Of a stretch of 60,757 nucleotides of DNA, positions 28,188 through 36,465 are shown piece by piece; within the stretch, counting starts at the first letter, position 1; each line of letters opens with the position of its first letter. Made by a program: the position numbers and the translations under genes. The DNA is from Candidatus Aenigmatarchaeota archaeon (lineage in GTDB: Archaea > Aenigmatarchaeota > Aenigmatarchaeia > GW2011-AR5), in assembly GCA_042584825.1 (NCBI GenBank), contig JBHOSK010000002.1:1-60757 (forward strand), in the 5' to 3' direction. The notes under the pieces are model-generated. The model was not told the origin of the DNA, did no database searches, and saw only the letters and a program-made list of their open reading frames with translations.

Positions 28188-28886
28188 ATGAGAAAAGGTA
28201 ATACAATGGATGACATCAAGAAATACACTGTTGGACTAATAAACACAATGGGTATAAATGAATTTAGCCCTGCATGGAAAGACGATGAAGAGTTTTTAGA
28301 GTTATGTAAAAAAATGTATGATAAAACACTTGTGAGCCATCATAGACTGTTTTTCTTGTATCAATTTGCCAAATATGCAAATGCTTTGTCAGGCAACTTT
28401 GCACAGATAGGTATTTTTAAAGGAGGTTCGGCAAAGATGGTTTCACTTGTCAAGGACAAATCAAAAAAGTTCTATTTGTTCGATACTTTTGAGGGTTTGC
28501 CAGAACCAGATCCAGTAACAGATAAACATGATGAAGCTCATGTAAAAGGAGAGTTTGCAGAGCCAATCGAGAATGTTAAAAAACTTTTCGAGGATGATGA
28601 CAGTATTGAACTTGTAAAAGGCGTGTTTCCTGAAACTGGAAAAATAATAGAAAATGAAAAGTTTTCTTTTGTCTACATTGATGTTGATGTTTACAAGTCT
28701 AATTATGAAACTCTGGAGTTCTTTTATGACAGGATGGTTCCAGGAGGAGTAATAATTTTCGATGATTATGAATGGAAGAAAACACCAGGAATTAAAAAAT
28801 CAATATGCGATTTTCTTGAAAAAAGAGGGGCTAAAGAGAGGCCGATAATAACAACAAAATATCAATGCATTATTATAAAATTGTAA
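28188..28886 (+). CDS. TylF/macrocin-O-methyltransferase-like SAM-dependent methyltransferase
   Basis: GIFKGGS ... YIDVDVYKS ... GGVIIFDDY pattern. Confidence 0.7.
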   Translation: MRKGNTMDDIKKYTVGLINTMGINEFSPAWKDDEEFLELCKKMYDKTLVSHHRLFFLYQFAKYANALSGNFAQIGIFKGGSAKMVSLVKDKSKKFYLFDTFEGLPEPDPVTDKHDEAHVKGEFAEPIENVKKLFEDDDSIELVKGVFPETGKIIENEKFSFVYIDVDVYKSNYETLEFFYDRMVPGGVIIFDDYEWKKTPGIKKSICDFLEKRGAKERPIITTKYQCIIIKL

Positions 28887-28892
28887 AAATTA

Positions 28893-28908
28893 AGCCCCGG
28901 GAGGGATT
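28893..28908 (-). repeat. tRNA-Thr 3'-end core, 16-nt identity (copy E)
   Basis: AGCCCCGGGAGGGATT matches the tRNA gene for 16 nt. Lies 7 nt after the methyltransferase stop. Confidence 0.85.
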
Positions 28909-28966
28909 GAGCAAATGGTTCAAAGCCCTACTATATCCTTAAAAAGATTATTTCTATATTTTTAAT

Positions 28967-29326
28967 ATGACAATAAAAATATTAGGTGCTCATAAATCAT
29001 CTACAAGAAATGCATTTACATTTGAGAAAACACAGGAATTTATCAAAGGATTTGTCGGATTCCTACATGATTTGGATTTCTCAGAATTTGACATAATGAC
29101 GTGCCACTTTGCTCATAAAATAGACAAAAAGACAAATGAACCTATCATGACAAGTGAGGTTGATATAAATGAATATATAGATACGACCTTCAATTTTGAG
29201 AATGGAAAATATAACATAGAACTCATATTTGGCAAATCGAAAATATTTGTTTACATATATACTAAAGAAGATAAACAACAGGAAATTTTGGACAAAATAC
29301 AAAAATTTAGTTCTTTTGATTTATGA
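28967..29326 (+). CDS. hypothetical protein
   Basis: 119-aa ORF between repeat copy E and the tRNA. No motif recognised. Confidence 0.4.
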   Translation: MTIKILGAHKSSTRNAFTFEKTQEFIKGFVGFLHDLDFSEFDIMTCHFAHKIDKKTNEPIMTSEVDINEYIDTTFNFENGKYNIELIFGKSKIFVYIYTKEDKQQEILDKIQKFSSFDL

Positions 29327-29357
29327 TATCGCGGAAAAACAAAAAGAAAGAAAAATC

Positions 29358-29473
29358 AGCCCCGGGAGGGATTCGAACCCCCAACCTTCTGATATCATTA
29401 AGTCACAGACCCGTCGGGCCTCTTAATATCAGACCATACAAGTCAGATGCTCTACCAGCTGAGCTACCGAGGC
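29358..29473 (-). tRNA. tRNA-Thr(UGU) with canonical 37/38 intron of 43 nt (genomic 29394-29436)
   Basis: Acceptor GCCTCGG/CCGGGGC, D arm GCTC-AGCTGGTA-GAGC. Anticodon arm TCTGA-CTTGTA[intron]A-TCAGA. Variable loop AGGTT, T arm GGGGG-TTCGAAT-CCCTC, discriminator U. CCA is not encoded. Confidence 0.9.
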
Positions 29474-29586
29474 ATGAATGATCAAAGCATGCGAAGCATA
29501 CTTCAATATCTTTAACTTTTGTATATCATACTTTTAAAATTTACTTATATACGGATCTTCACCATATTTTTATCAGGGTTCCGTAC

Positions 29587-31008
29587 ATGGTAGAAATAAA
29601 CATATTAGGTATATTGGCCATTTTTGGTTTTACGATTATGATAGGTTATATAGGCTCATTGATATTCAATAAAACACGTATACCCGACGTTTTTTGGCTA
29701 TTGCTTTTTGGATTCTTTTTAGGACCAATACTTGGGTTTGCAGACCGTCAGATGTTCCTATTGGTTACCCCCTTTTTGTCTTCAATTGCACTGTTAATTA
29801 TATTATTTGATGCTGGATTACATCTTAATTTTTATCAATTAATTCGTGGTGCACCCAGAAGTACGTTGTTGGCTATAGTAAACATAGTACTTGGTACCTT
29901 TGTTATTGGAGGTATTTCAATATACATTTTTAATACAGACATGCTTACAGGCTTGCTTATTGGTGTAATGTTGGGTGGCACAAGTTCGCCAATAGTTTTA
30001 TCCATAGTTAATAAGCTGAGTATAAGAAGTCAAATAAAGACACTACTCAGTCTTGAATCTATATTTACAGATGCGTTGGTTATTGTTATTGCGATAGCAC
30101 TCATGAATATTATTGCATTTACTGAGATAGCAGTATCTCCTGTTCAAGCTGTTGTTAGTAGTTTTTCCATAGGTGCGGTGTTTGGCTTATTTTTTGGTAT
30201 ACTTTGGTTATTTGTTTTAGAAAAACTAAAGGGAAAATCTTTCGATTATATGCTTACACTGGCAGCGCTATTCCTGATATATGTAAGTGTTGAAGTTTTA
30301 GCAGGGTCTGGTGCCATAGCATCTCTTCTTTTTGGTATGGTTTTGGGTAATGGAAAAATATTTTCAAATATAATGAAAACAAGAATGATGGTAGGAGCAG
30401 ACCACCTATTGAAAACATTCCAATCAGAAGTTTCGTTCTTTATTAGATCTTTCTTTTTTGTGTTATTAGGTATAATATTTGTTTTTACATCTGATTTTGT
30501 TGTTATTCTGTTTTATGGTGTTTTCATATCATTAATACTCATAGTCTTGAGATTTGTTGCAGTTCAATTTTCTGTAATAAAAATGAAAGTTGATAAACAT
30601 GATATGAACATGATGAGAATAATGACACCAAGAGGTCTTGCTCCAGCCGTGCTTGCTCAAATAGCATTTACATACGCTATACCAGGAGCAGAGTTAATAT
30701 CAAATATAATTCTTGTTGTCATATTGATTACTGTATTGTATACTTCATTTTCAGTTAGGTTCTTATCTAAAAAGATGACTTATGGTGGAAAGCCAAAACT
30801 TCAAAGAGAGTATAAACTTGCAAATAGAGAATTGAAATCTATAGAGAAAAAAGAACTAAAGAAGGAATATTCATTAGCAAAGAGAGAATTGAAAACCATA
30901 GAGAAAAAAGAGAAAGAACTTGGCGGGAGTAAAAAATCACTTCACCATAAAATTAAACATAAATTAAAAAAGAAAAAAGTAAGGCACCTTTATTTCACTC
31001 CTAAGTAA
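29587..31008 (+). CDS. cation/proton antiporter (CPA1-type Na+/H+ exchanger) with repetitive charged tail
   Basis: About 12 TM helices, with DAGL and GGTSSP-type motifs. The C-terminal tail carries a duplicated EY(K/S)LA(N/K)RELK(S/T)IEKKE unit. Confidence 0.75.
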   Translation: MVEINILGILAIFGFTIMIGYIGSLIFNKTRIPDVFWLLLFGFFLGPILGFADRQMFLLVTPFLSSIALLIILFDAGLHLNFYQLIRGAPRSTLLAIVNIVLGTFVIGGISIYIFNTDMLTGLLIGVMLGGTSSPIVLSIVNKLSIRSQIKTLLSLESIFTDALVIVIAIALMNIIAFTEIAVSPVQAVVSSFSIGAVFGLFFGILWLFVLEKLKGKSFDYMLTLAALFLIYVSVEVLAGSGAIASLLFGMVLGNGKIFSNIMKTRMMVGADHLLKTFQSEVSFFIRSFFFVLLGIIFVFTSDFVVILFYGVFISLILIVLRFVAVQFSVIKMKVDKHDMNMMRIMTPRGLAPAVLAQIAFTYAIPGAELISNIILVVILITVLYTSFSVRFLSKKMTYGGKPKLQREYKLANRELKSIEKKELKKEYSLAKRELKTIEKKEKELGGSKKSLHHKIKHKLKKKKVRHLYFTPK

Positions 31009-31009
31009 A

Positions 31010-31450
31010 CTAAACACAAACAGATATTTCATTGCTCTCAGTAATAATGCAATTCGTAACTGCTCTGACATATGAGAAATCTTCACAATTTTGCATTATA
31101 TTTGTTATATTGAATTCTACTGTTTTTATTTCACCTTTTGGTAAGAAGAATGGGAAAGATGATAAGTTATATGCAAGATCATTTGTTGTGTTAAAAAACT
31201 CCATAGCCAATATTTCCTCTTCATTAAGTCCTGAATTTTTTAAAAAAATCCTGGCTACGTTTGTGTTAAGATTTAGATAAATATCGTTTATTTCCACGTT
31301 TGATACGCTACAATCTATTGCTTGTTCTGTCCTTATATCTATTTCTTCTGTTTCTTGATTAGTCATTGTTAAAGAAAAATCACTTACAAGCGAGGCTATT
31401 ACAATTGCTAATGCAATTAAAATAACACCACCTACCAGTACAGATACCAT
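31010..31450 (-). CDS. small pilin/FlaG-like protein with N-terminal hydrophobic anchor
   Basis: N-terminal TM (VLVGGVILIALAIVIASLV) followed by a beta-rich domain. Lies 9 nt downstream of a pilin-like gene. Confidence 0.45.
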   Translation of the reverse strand: MVSVLVGGVILIALAIVIASLVSDFSLTMTNQETEEIDIRTEQAIDCSVSNVEINDIYLNLNTNVARIFLKNSGLNEEEILAMEFFNTTNDLAYNLSSFPFFLPKGEIKTVEFNITNIMQNCEDFSYVRAVTNCIITESNEISVCV

Positions 31451-31459
31451 TCTTTCACG

Positions 31460-32851
31460 CTATATACAATTTATAAACTCGAACTCATTTACAGGTATTG
31501 AATCAAATCCTGTTCCAGGACAGTTAATACTTATTATGTTAGCTTTATCGATTATTGATGTATCAATACAATTTTCTAAACAATTCGATTCTGGACTACA
31601 TGGGTACCATTTTTCTATTATCTTATCAGATTCAACAACAACCCTATAGTTTGTTATTTCTATGTCTTCTAGAACTACATTGAAATTATTGGCGCCGCCA
31701 ACATCATATTCTGTTATCAAATTTTCACTTTCGTCATAAAGCCTTACAAAATTTATGTTAGGATAAGACACGTCTATTATAAGGTCTATGCTATCTATGG
31801 CGCCTGGTGATGTAAATGATTTTGATATATTGGATATTTTTACTTCGTCAATACCACCTTCAAATCCAACAGACGGACCGCCTAAAGCGGATTCTATGTT
31901 TCCAATTAAAATATCATTTGTTAGTAGTCTTACATTGCGGGTATTAGAATCACCAATTGTGATTTCACCATTTACATATATTTCCATTCTATTGTCTTGT
32001 GAATTGTAAACGCCTGCAACATGGCTCCAATCTCCTATTCCAACTTCTGTGTTGCTCGGTACTTCATATTTATTTCCAAAATTATCTCTTACAAAAAATA
32101 TTACGGTTTGTCTTGAAATATGTAAACAAAATTGCTCGTTATTAAATACACCCCGACACACGATTCCAATGTTGTCCATTGTAGCTGTTTCGGGATTTAT
32201 CCAAGCCTCAACTGTCAATTCGTTGGTTATAGAATTAAACAAAGTTGAGCTTGGAACAATTATTCTATGATCAGAATCTTGGAAATTTAATGCGTTTCCG
32301 AATAGTCCAGATATCCATGTGGGTCCTATAATAGTACCATTGTTTCCATGTGGAGATGTATCGTATACAACATCACCAGAACCCTCATTGAAATGTAATA
32401 ACATTAGAGTATCTGTATCAAGCATTGGTGGTGTCTGTGCAAGTGCTCCTGGTATAGGAGGATCAGATGTAATCATTATGCTGTTGAATCCAAAGGTGTC
32501 AACTTCTCCTGCAGATATGTCGTGTGTTGGACTGTCGAGTCTTATTATATTTCCATTATTGAAAATTAAATTAAGTTTTGAAAATTGTAATAAAAGTGAT
32601 CCACTATTTCTCATGTTTGCATCGATTTTATAAGGAATCCCGGTGAAACAATTCATGTTACAATCATAATATAATTTATTTATAAATAGGTCAGCATTCT
32701 GACATCTTAGCTTTTCTTGGGTGGTGTTTTGTAATTCACTTGATCTTTCATTAGAAACCGTTGTAAGCCATCCAGCAACGAGTGTTGCTATTATTACAGT
32801 AATTAAAATAAACATAGTTCCACTTACGAGTGGACTAACTCCTTTTTTCAT
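31460..32851 (-). CDS. archaeal pilin-like protein with LamG domain
   Basis: Class III signal peptide MKKGVSPLVSGTMFILITVIIATL. LamG_3 pattern LLHFNEGSGDVVYDTSPHGNNGT...LTVEAWINPE...WSHVAGVYNSQDNRMEIYVNGE...GGIDEVKISN. Confidence 0.75.
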   Translation of the reverse strand: MKKGVSPLVSGTMFILITVIIATLVAGWLTTVSNERSSELQNTTQEKLRCQNADLFINKLYYDCNMNCFTGIPYKIDANMRNSGSLLLQFSKLNLIFNNGNIIRLDSPTHDISAGEVDTFGFNSIMITSDPPIPGALAQTPPMLDTDTLMLLHFNEGSGDVVYDTSPHGNNGTIIGPTWISGLFGNALNFQDSDHRIIVPSSTLFNSITNELTVEAWINPETATMDNIGIVCRGVFNNEQFCLHISRQTVIFFVRDNFGNKYEVPSNTEVGIGDWSHVAGVYNSQDNRMEIYVNGEITIGDSNTRNVRLLTNDILIGNIESALGGPSVGFEGGIDEVKISNISKSFTSPGAIDSIDLIIDVSYPNINFVRLYDESENLITEYDVGGANNFNVVLEDIEITNYRVVVESDKIIEKWYPCSPESNCLENCIDTSIIDKANIISINCPGTGFDSIPVNEFEFINCI

Positions 32852-32953
32852 GAATAACTATTGGAAAAGGTGATATTTAATAATTCATTTAGCTATACTG
32901 ACAATTATAATAACTTGTAAAAATAGAAAAACCATGATTTTCTGATACATGTC

Positions 32954-33406
32954 TTATCGGAATGACATTGATGCTGGTGCTCTAGGACAGTTTCCTGCAA
33001 CAACTTCTAAGCTTTTTGGATCTGAGGTCTTATCAGACACGTCTACATTTACAAACAGGGTTTCACTTGGGTCTATGTTTCCATCAACGAATCCAGTAAC
33101 ACTTGCATTGTCCCATGGATATACCGAGTTTTCGCTTGGATCATCAAATTCTATTATTATTGATAAATCTTCAAGTACCAGATCAGATCTAATTACAGTG
33201 TTTCTTAATCTAAAGCTTACAATATCTGAAGCTGAATCAAAACTTAATGTGTTTAAATCGAGTGCTCCTATACACTTTGCCTCATCACCTGTTGTGGCTA
33301 TTTGTTCTCTTGTTAATGATGTTGCAAATGTTGCGAGTATTCCTGCAATCAACACAGTGAAAACTATCAAAAATACGGCTGCTATGAGCGGAGATATACC
33401 TTTCAT
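32954..33406 (-). CDS. archaeal type IV pilin-like protein
   Basis: Class III signal peptide MKGISPLIAAVFLIVFTVLIAGILA. 150 aa. Confidence 0.75.
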   Translation of the reverse strand: MKGISPLIAAVFLIVFTVLIAGILATFATSLTREQIATTGDEAKCIGALDLNTLSFDSASDIVSFRLRNTVIRSDLVLEDLSIIIEFDDPSENSVYPWDNASVTGFVDGNIDPSETLFVNVDVSDKTSDPKSLEVVAGNCPRAPASMSFR

Positions 33407-33459
33407 AGCTTTATTATGTCTATCTGTAGTATAAATATTTTGTCTTTAAAAAATAAAAT

Positions 33460-33726
33460 GGAGGCTAGGTTGGGTCATTGGCGGCGACCTGTAACCAGAA
33501 GTCCGCCTCATGCTGGAACTGAAATCCATGGAAGGTGTAATGAGTTATAAGGGCCCATTGTCAAAGCTGAGAAGCTCAGCCATTTGGGATCTCTTATATA
33601 ATGAATTGGGTCAGGTGGGGAACCAAGCAGCCCTAAGTTGTATGAAAGATGCTTAGATGTTACTGAGTGGAGCGATGATGGTGGATAAACTTTTATGATT
33701 TATTATATCGACTATGGGATGCCTCC
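33460..33726 (+). ncRNA. signal recognition particle RNA (7S/SRP RNA)
   Basis: GC-rich island in AT-rich DNA. 5' GGAGGC pairs with 3' GCCTCC. The helix-8 signature GGTCAGGTGGGGAACCAAGCAGCCCTAAG (33608-33637) matches the conserved GGUCAGGUccGGAAggAAGCAGCC motif. TATAAATA lies about 25 nt upstream and a T8 run directly downstream. Confidence 0.85.
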
Positions 33727-33734
33727 TTTTTTTT
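33727..33734 (+). terminator. oligo-T archaeal terminator after SRP RNA
   Basis: TTTTTTTT immediately follows the closing helix. Confidence 0.5.
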
Positions 33735-33745
33735 AGGTGTTTGAA

Positions 33746-34360
33746 ATGCAACAAGAAGAAATAAAAGCAATTATGATATCTGCAGTTGTTTTAGCAGCAG
33801 CTTTTGCCATCGCAAGAGGGGGCGGTATATTTGGAGGATTCCGATTTAATTTCGTTTCATTGCTTGTTTCGTCTTTAATCGCCGTATCACTTGGTTTTAT
33901 TTTACACGAGATGGGTCATCGTTATTTGGCAAAAAAATACGGATACTATGCTGAATTTAAGATGTGGTCACGCGGACTCATTATGGCTGTGATGTTCTCG
34001 TTTTTTGGTTTTGTTTTTGCAGCACCGGGTGCGGTTGTAATACATCCAAGAGCTGATTTATATGGCCGATTTAGTCCGATAACAAAAAAGAAATATGGTC
34101 TTGTTTCATTAATGGGTCCTGTTATGAATCTCGTGCTTGTTGGTATATTTTTTGGACTGTTATTTATATTTCCAACAGGGTTTTTAGCAGATGTTTTTGT
34201 TACAGGAATGTTTGTTAATATTTGGTTAGCTCTTTTCAACATGTTGCCAGTGTTTGTGCTTGATGGTGCAAAGATTTTTGCATGGGATAGAAAAATATGG
34301 GGAGCAGTTTTTGCATTGATAATCGTACTTTTTGGTTTGTCAACTTTATTCGCTTTCTAA
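33746..34360 (+). CDS. M50-family (site-2 protease-like) membrane zinc metalloprotease
   Basis: HEMGH motif inside a TM helix (LHEMGHRYLAKKYG), the downstream NMLPVFVLDG motif, and multiple TM helices. Confidence 0.8.
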   Translation: MQQEEIKAIMISAVVLAAAFAIARGGGIFGGFRFNFVSLLVSSLIAVSLGFILHEMGHRYLAKKYGYYAEFKMWSRGLIMAVMFSFFGFVFAAPGAVVIHPRADLYGRFSPITKKKYGLVSLMGPVMNLVLVGIFFGLLFIFPTGFLADVFVTGMFVNIWLALFNMLPVFVLDGAKIFAWDRKIWGAVFALIIVLFGLSTLFAF

Positions 34361-34393
34361 AAGCATTAATTTCTATAACACAAATAATAGTGT

Positions 34394-35629
34394 ATGCCTG
34401 TAATCGTGGTCGGCAGAGACGAAGAAGATTTGAAGAAATATGGTGAAACAGGTACCATATACCTGGGTAAACATCTGGTTGGTACTGGTGAGGATGCTCA
34501 TACAACTACTCCTGTTAGGATGGATATCTTACGACCCCATATTGTTTGCATAACTGGGAAGAGGGGATCAGGAAAATCATTTTCTTTGGGAATTTTTGTA
34601 GAGGAAATAATGGAACTTCCCGATAATATAAGAAGTAATTTATGTAGTTTGATAATTGATACACAGGGCATTTTTTGGACAATGAAATCTGCAAATGAGA
34701 AAGATCTTTTATTACTTAATAAGTGGGATATAAAACCAAAGGCTTATGCGAATATACATGTTTCTGTTCCCGTTGGCCAGGAAAATATATTCTTCAAATC
34801 AGGTGTTGAATATGATTCAACGTTTTCTATATCACCAAATGAACTTACACCAGAAGACTGGTTAACTGTGTTTGAGCTAAAGCAGACGGAACCCCTGGGT
34901 ATTTTGTTTTACCAGATTATCAAAAAAATGAGGGGAAATTACTCTCTTGATGATATTATAAATACAATTCATGTTCAGGAGGGCTTTGCGAATGAAAAAT
35001 TGGCATTAAAAAATTATTTAGAAGCTGCAAAGGGCTGGGGTATTTTTGGCGATAGTGAGATGCCTACTATACTTGAGGGTGGAAAAACAACAGTTCTTGA
35101 TGTCAGTTTAACACCATCAAATGTTAGAGCCTTACTCGTTTCTCTTATCGGTCGAAGTGTATTTACTGAACGAGTTAAGGCAAGACGTAAAGAAGAATTA
35201 GCAGATGTTGAAGGAATTAAAATAGCACGGGTGCCGATGTGCTGGATTCTGATAGACGAAGCTCATAACTTTTTACCTGGTATAGGAAGAACACCTGCTA
35301 CAGATACACTGAATAGAATCGTTAAAGAAGGCCGGCAACCGGGGATAACACTTGTTCTTGCTACTCAGAGACCTGAGAAATTGCATCCAGATGCGCTTGC
35401 ACAGTGTGATTTGATATTATCACACAGATTAACTGCAAAAGGAGATATTGATGCTTTGAAAGCAATAATGCAGACCTACATGTTATTTGATATTACAAGA
35501 TACATCAATGAATTGCCAAAATGGAAAGGAACGGCAATAATATTGGACGATAATAGTGAAAGACTGTATAAAGTTCGTGTTCGTCCACGTAAGAGCTGGC
35601 ATGCTGGTTCGAGTCCTGTTGCAATTTAG
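34394..35629 (+). CDS. HerA/DUF87-like P-loop ATPase
   Basis: Walker A ITGKRGSGKSFS and Walker B ILIDEAHNF, followed by LATQRPEKL. Confidence 0.7.
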   Translation: MPVIVVGRDEEDLKKYGETGTIYLGKHLVGTGEDAHTTTPVRMDILRPHIVCITGKRGSGKSFSLGIFVEEIMELPDNIRSNLCSLIIDTQGIFWTMKSANEKDLLLLNKWDIKPKAYANIHVSVPVGQENIFFKSGVEYDSTFSISPNELTPEDWLTVFELKQTEPLGILFYQIIKKMRGNYSLDDIINTIHVQEGFANEKLALKNYLEAAKGWGIFGDSEMPTILEGGKTTVLDVSLTPSNVRALLVSLIGRSVFTERVKARRKEELADVEGIKIARVPMCWILIDEAHNFLPGIGRTPATDTLNRIVKEGRQPGITLVLATQRPEKLHPDALAQCDLILSHRLTAKGDIDALKAIMQTYMLFDITRYINELPKWKGTAIILDDNSERLYKVRVRPRKSWHAGSSPVAI

Positions 35630-35683
35630 CTTTTAATAATTAACTACTTTTATGTTATTGTATCTAAAAGAGGTGTTAATTAT

Positions 35684-36460
35684 ATGCATTGGGGAATGAA
35701 GAATAGATTATCGCGATTTTTAAAGCCTAAAACAGGCAAAACAGTCATGTTAGCTGTTGATCATGGATATTTCCAAGGTCCCACAACAGGATTGAGAAAG
35801 TTCTCAGAATCAATAAATCCTTTACTACCTTACGCCGATTGTTTGTTTATAACAAGAGGTATGTTACGAAACTGTATTCCTGCAGAAAACGATGTGCCAA
35901 TTTTCTTGAGAATATCAGGAGGACCAAGCATTTTAGGTGACTTATCAAACGAAGATATAACAACATCAATGGATGAGGCAATACGACTGAATGCAGTTGG
36001 TGTTGGCATGTCTATTTTTGTCGGCGCAAAAAACGAAGACAGGACAATATCAAATCTGGGAAGACTTGTAAATGAAGCCGAAAACCATGGAATGCCTGTT
36101 CTAGCAATAACAGCTGTTGGTCGTGATATGGCCAGAGACGCAAGATATCTTGGGCTTGCAACAAGAATGGCAGTTGAATTAGGAGCACATGTTGTAAAAA
36201 CATACTATTGTGACAATTTTGAGAAGGTTGTTGAAGGATGTCCAGTGCCAATTGTGATTGCAGGTGGTAAAAAGCTGCCTGAAGAAGAAGCATTAAAAAT
36301 GGCAAGAGATGCTATTGATGCTGGTGCAAGTGGTGTTGACATGGGCAGAAACATATTCCAAAGCGAAAGTCCGGTTGCAATGATTCAAGCTGTAAGAGCA
36401 GTTGTCCAAGAAAACAGAAGCGCAGAAGAAGCTTATGAAATATTCAAGAACAAAAAGTGA
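35684..36460 (+). CDS. DhnA/LsrF-family class I aldolase
   Basis: WGMKNRLSRFLKPKTGKTVMLAVDHGYFQGPTTGL ... VVKTYY ... PVPIVIAGGKKLPEEEAL ... GASGVDMGRNIFQS closely parallels the LsrF/FbaB sequence as I remember it. Confidence 0.8.
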   Translation: MHWGMKNRLSRFLKPKTGKTVMLAVDHGYFQGPTTGLRKFSESINPLLPYADCLFITRGMLRNCIPAENDVPIFLRISGGPSILGDLSNEDITTSMDEAIRLNAVGVGMSIFVGAKNEDRTISNLGRLVNEAENHGMPVLAITAVGRDMARDARYLGLATRMAVELGAHVVKTYYCDNFEKVVEGCPVPIVIAGGKKLPEEEALKMARDAIDAGASGVDMGRNIFQSESPVAMIQAVRAVVQENRSAEEAYEIFKNKK

Positions 36461-36465
36461 TAGAA

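Noticed and set aside
22714-28908. The repeat copies as split-tRNA 3' halves (Nanoarchaeum-style)
   Set aside because: In tRNA orientation, only the last 13-16 nt (T-stem 3' strand, acceptor, discriminator) is conserved. No copy has a T-loop, a T-stem 5' strand or an anticodon-stem half upstream of the core.
22714-29370. The repeated AGCCCCGGGAGGG copies as a CRISPR array
   Set aside because: Spacing is irregular (0.45-3.1 kb), and the intervals contain full-length genes rather than spacers. Only 13-16 nt is common to all copies.
22714-29473. A classical integron (IntI plus attC cassettes)
   Set aside because: No integrase is present, and there is no R''/L''/L'/R' (GTTRRRY) attC-type imperfect palindrome. 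Gene orientations inside the segments are mixed. Only the cassette-like layout is analogous.
32949-33434. 161-aa plus-strand ORF overlapping the pilin gene 32954-33406
   Set aside because: The minus-strand frame has a textbook class III signal peptide. The plus-strand frame has no features.
33460-33726. RNase P RNA as the identity of the GC-rich non-coding island
   Set aside because: The conserved GGUCAGGU..GGAA..AAGCAGCC helix-8 signature and the simple long 5'/3' terminal helix fit SRP RNA. I could not find the RNase P CR-I/CR-V motifs.
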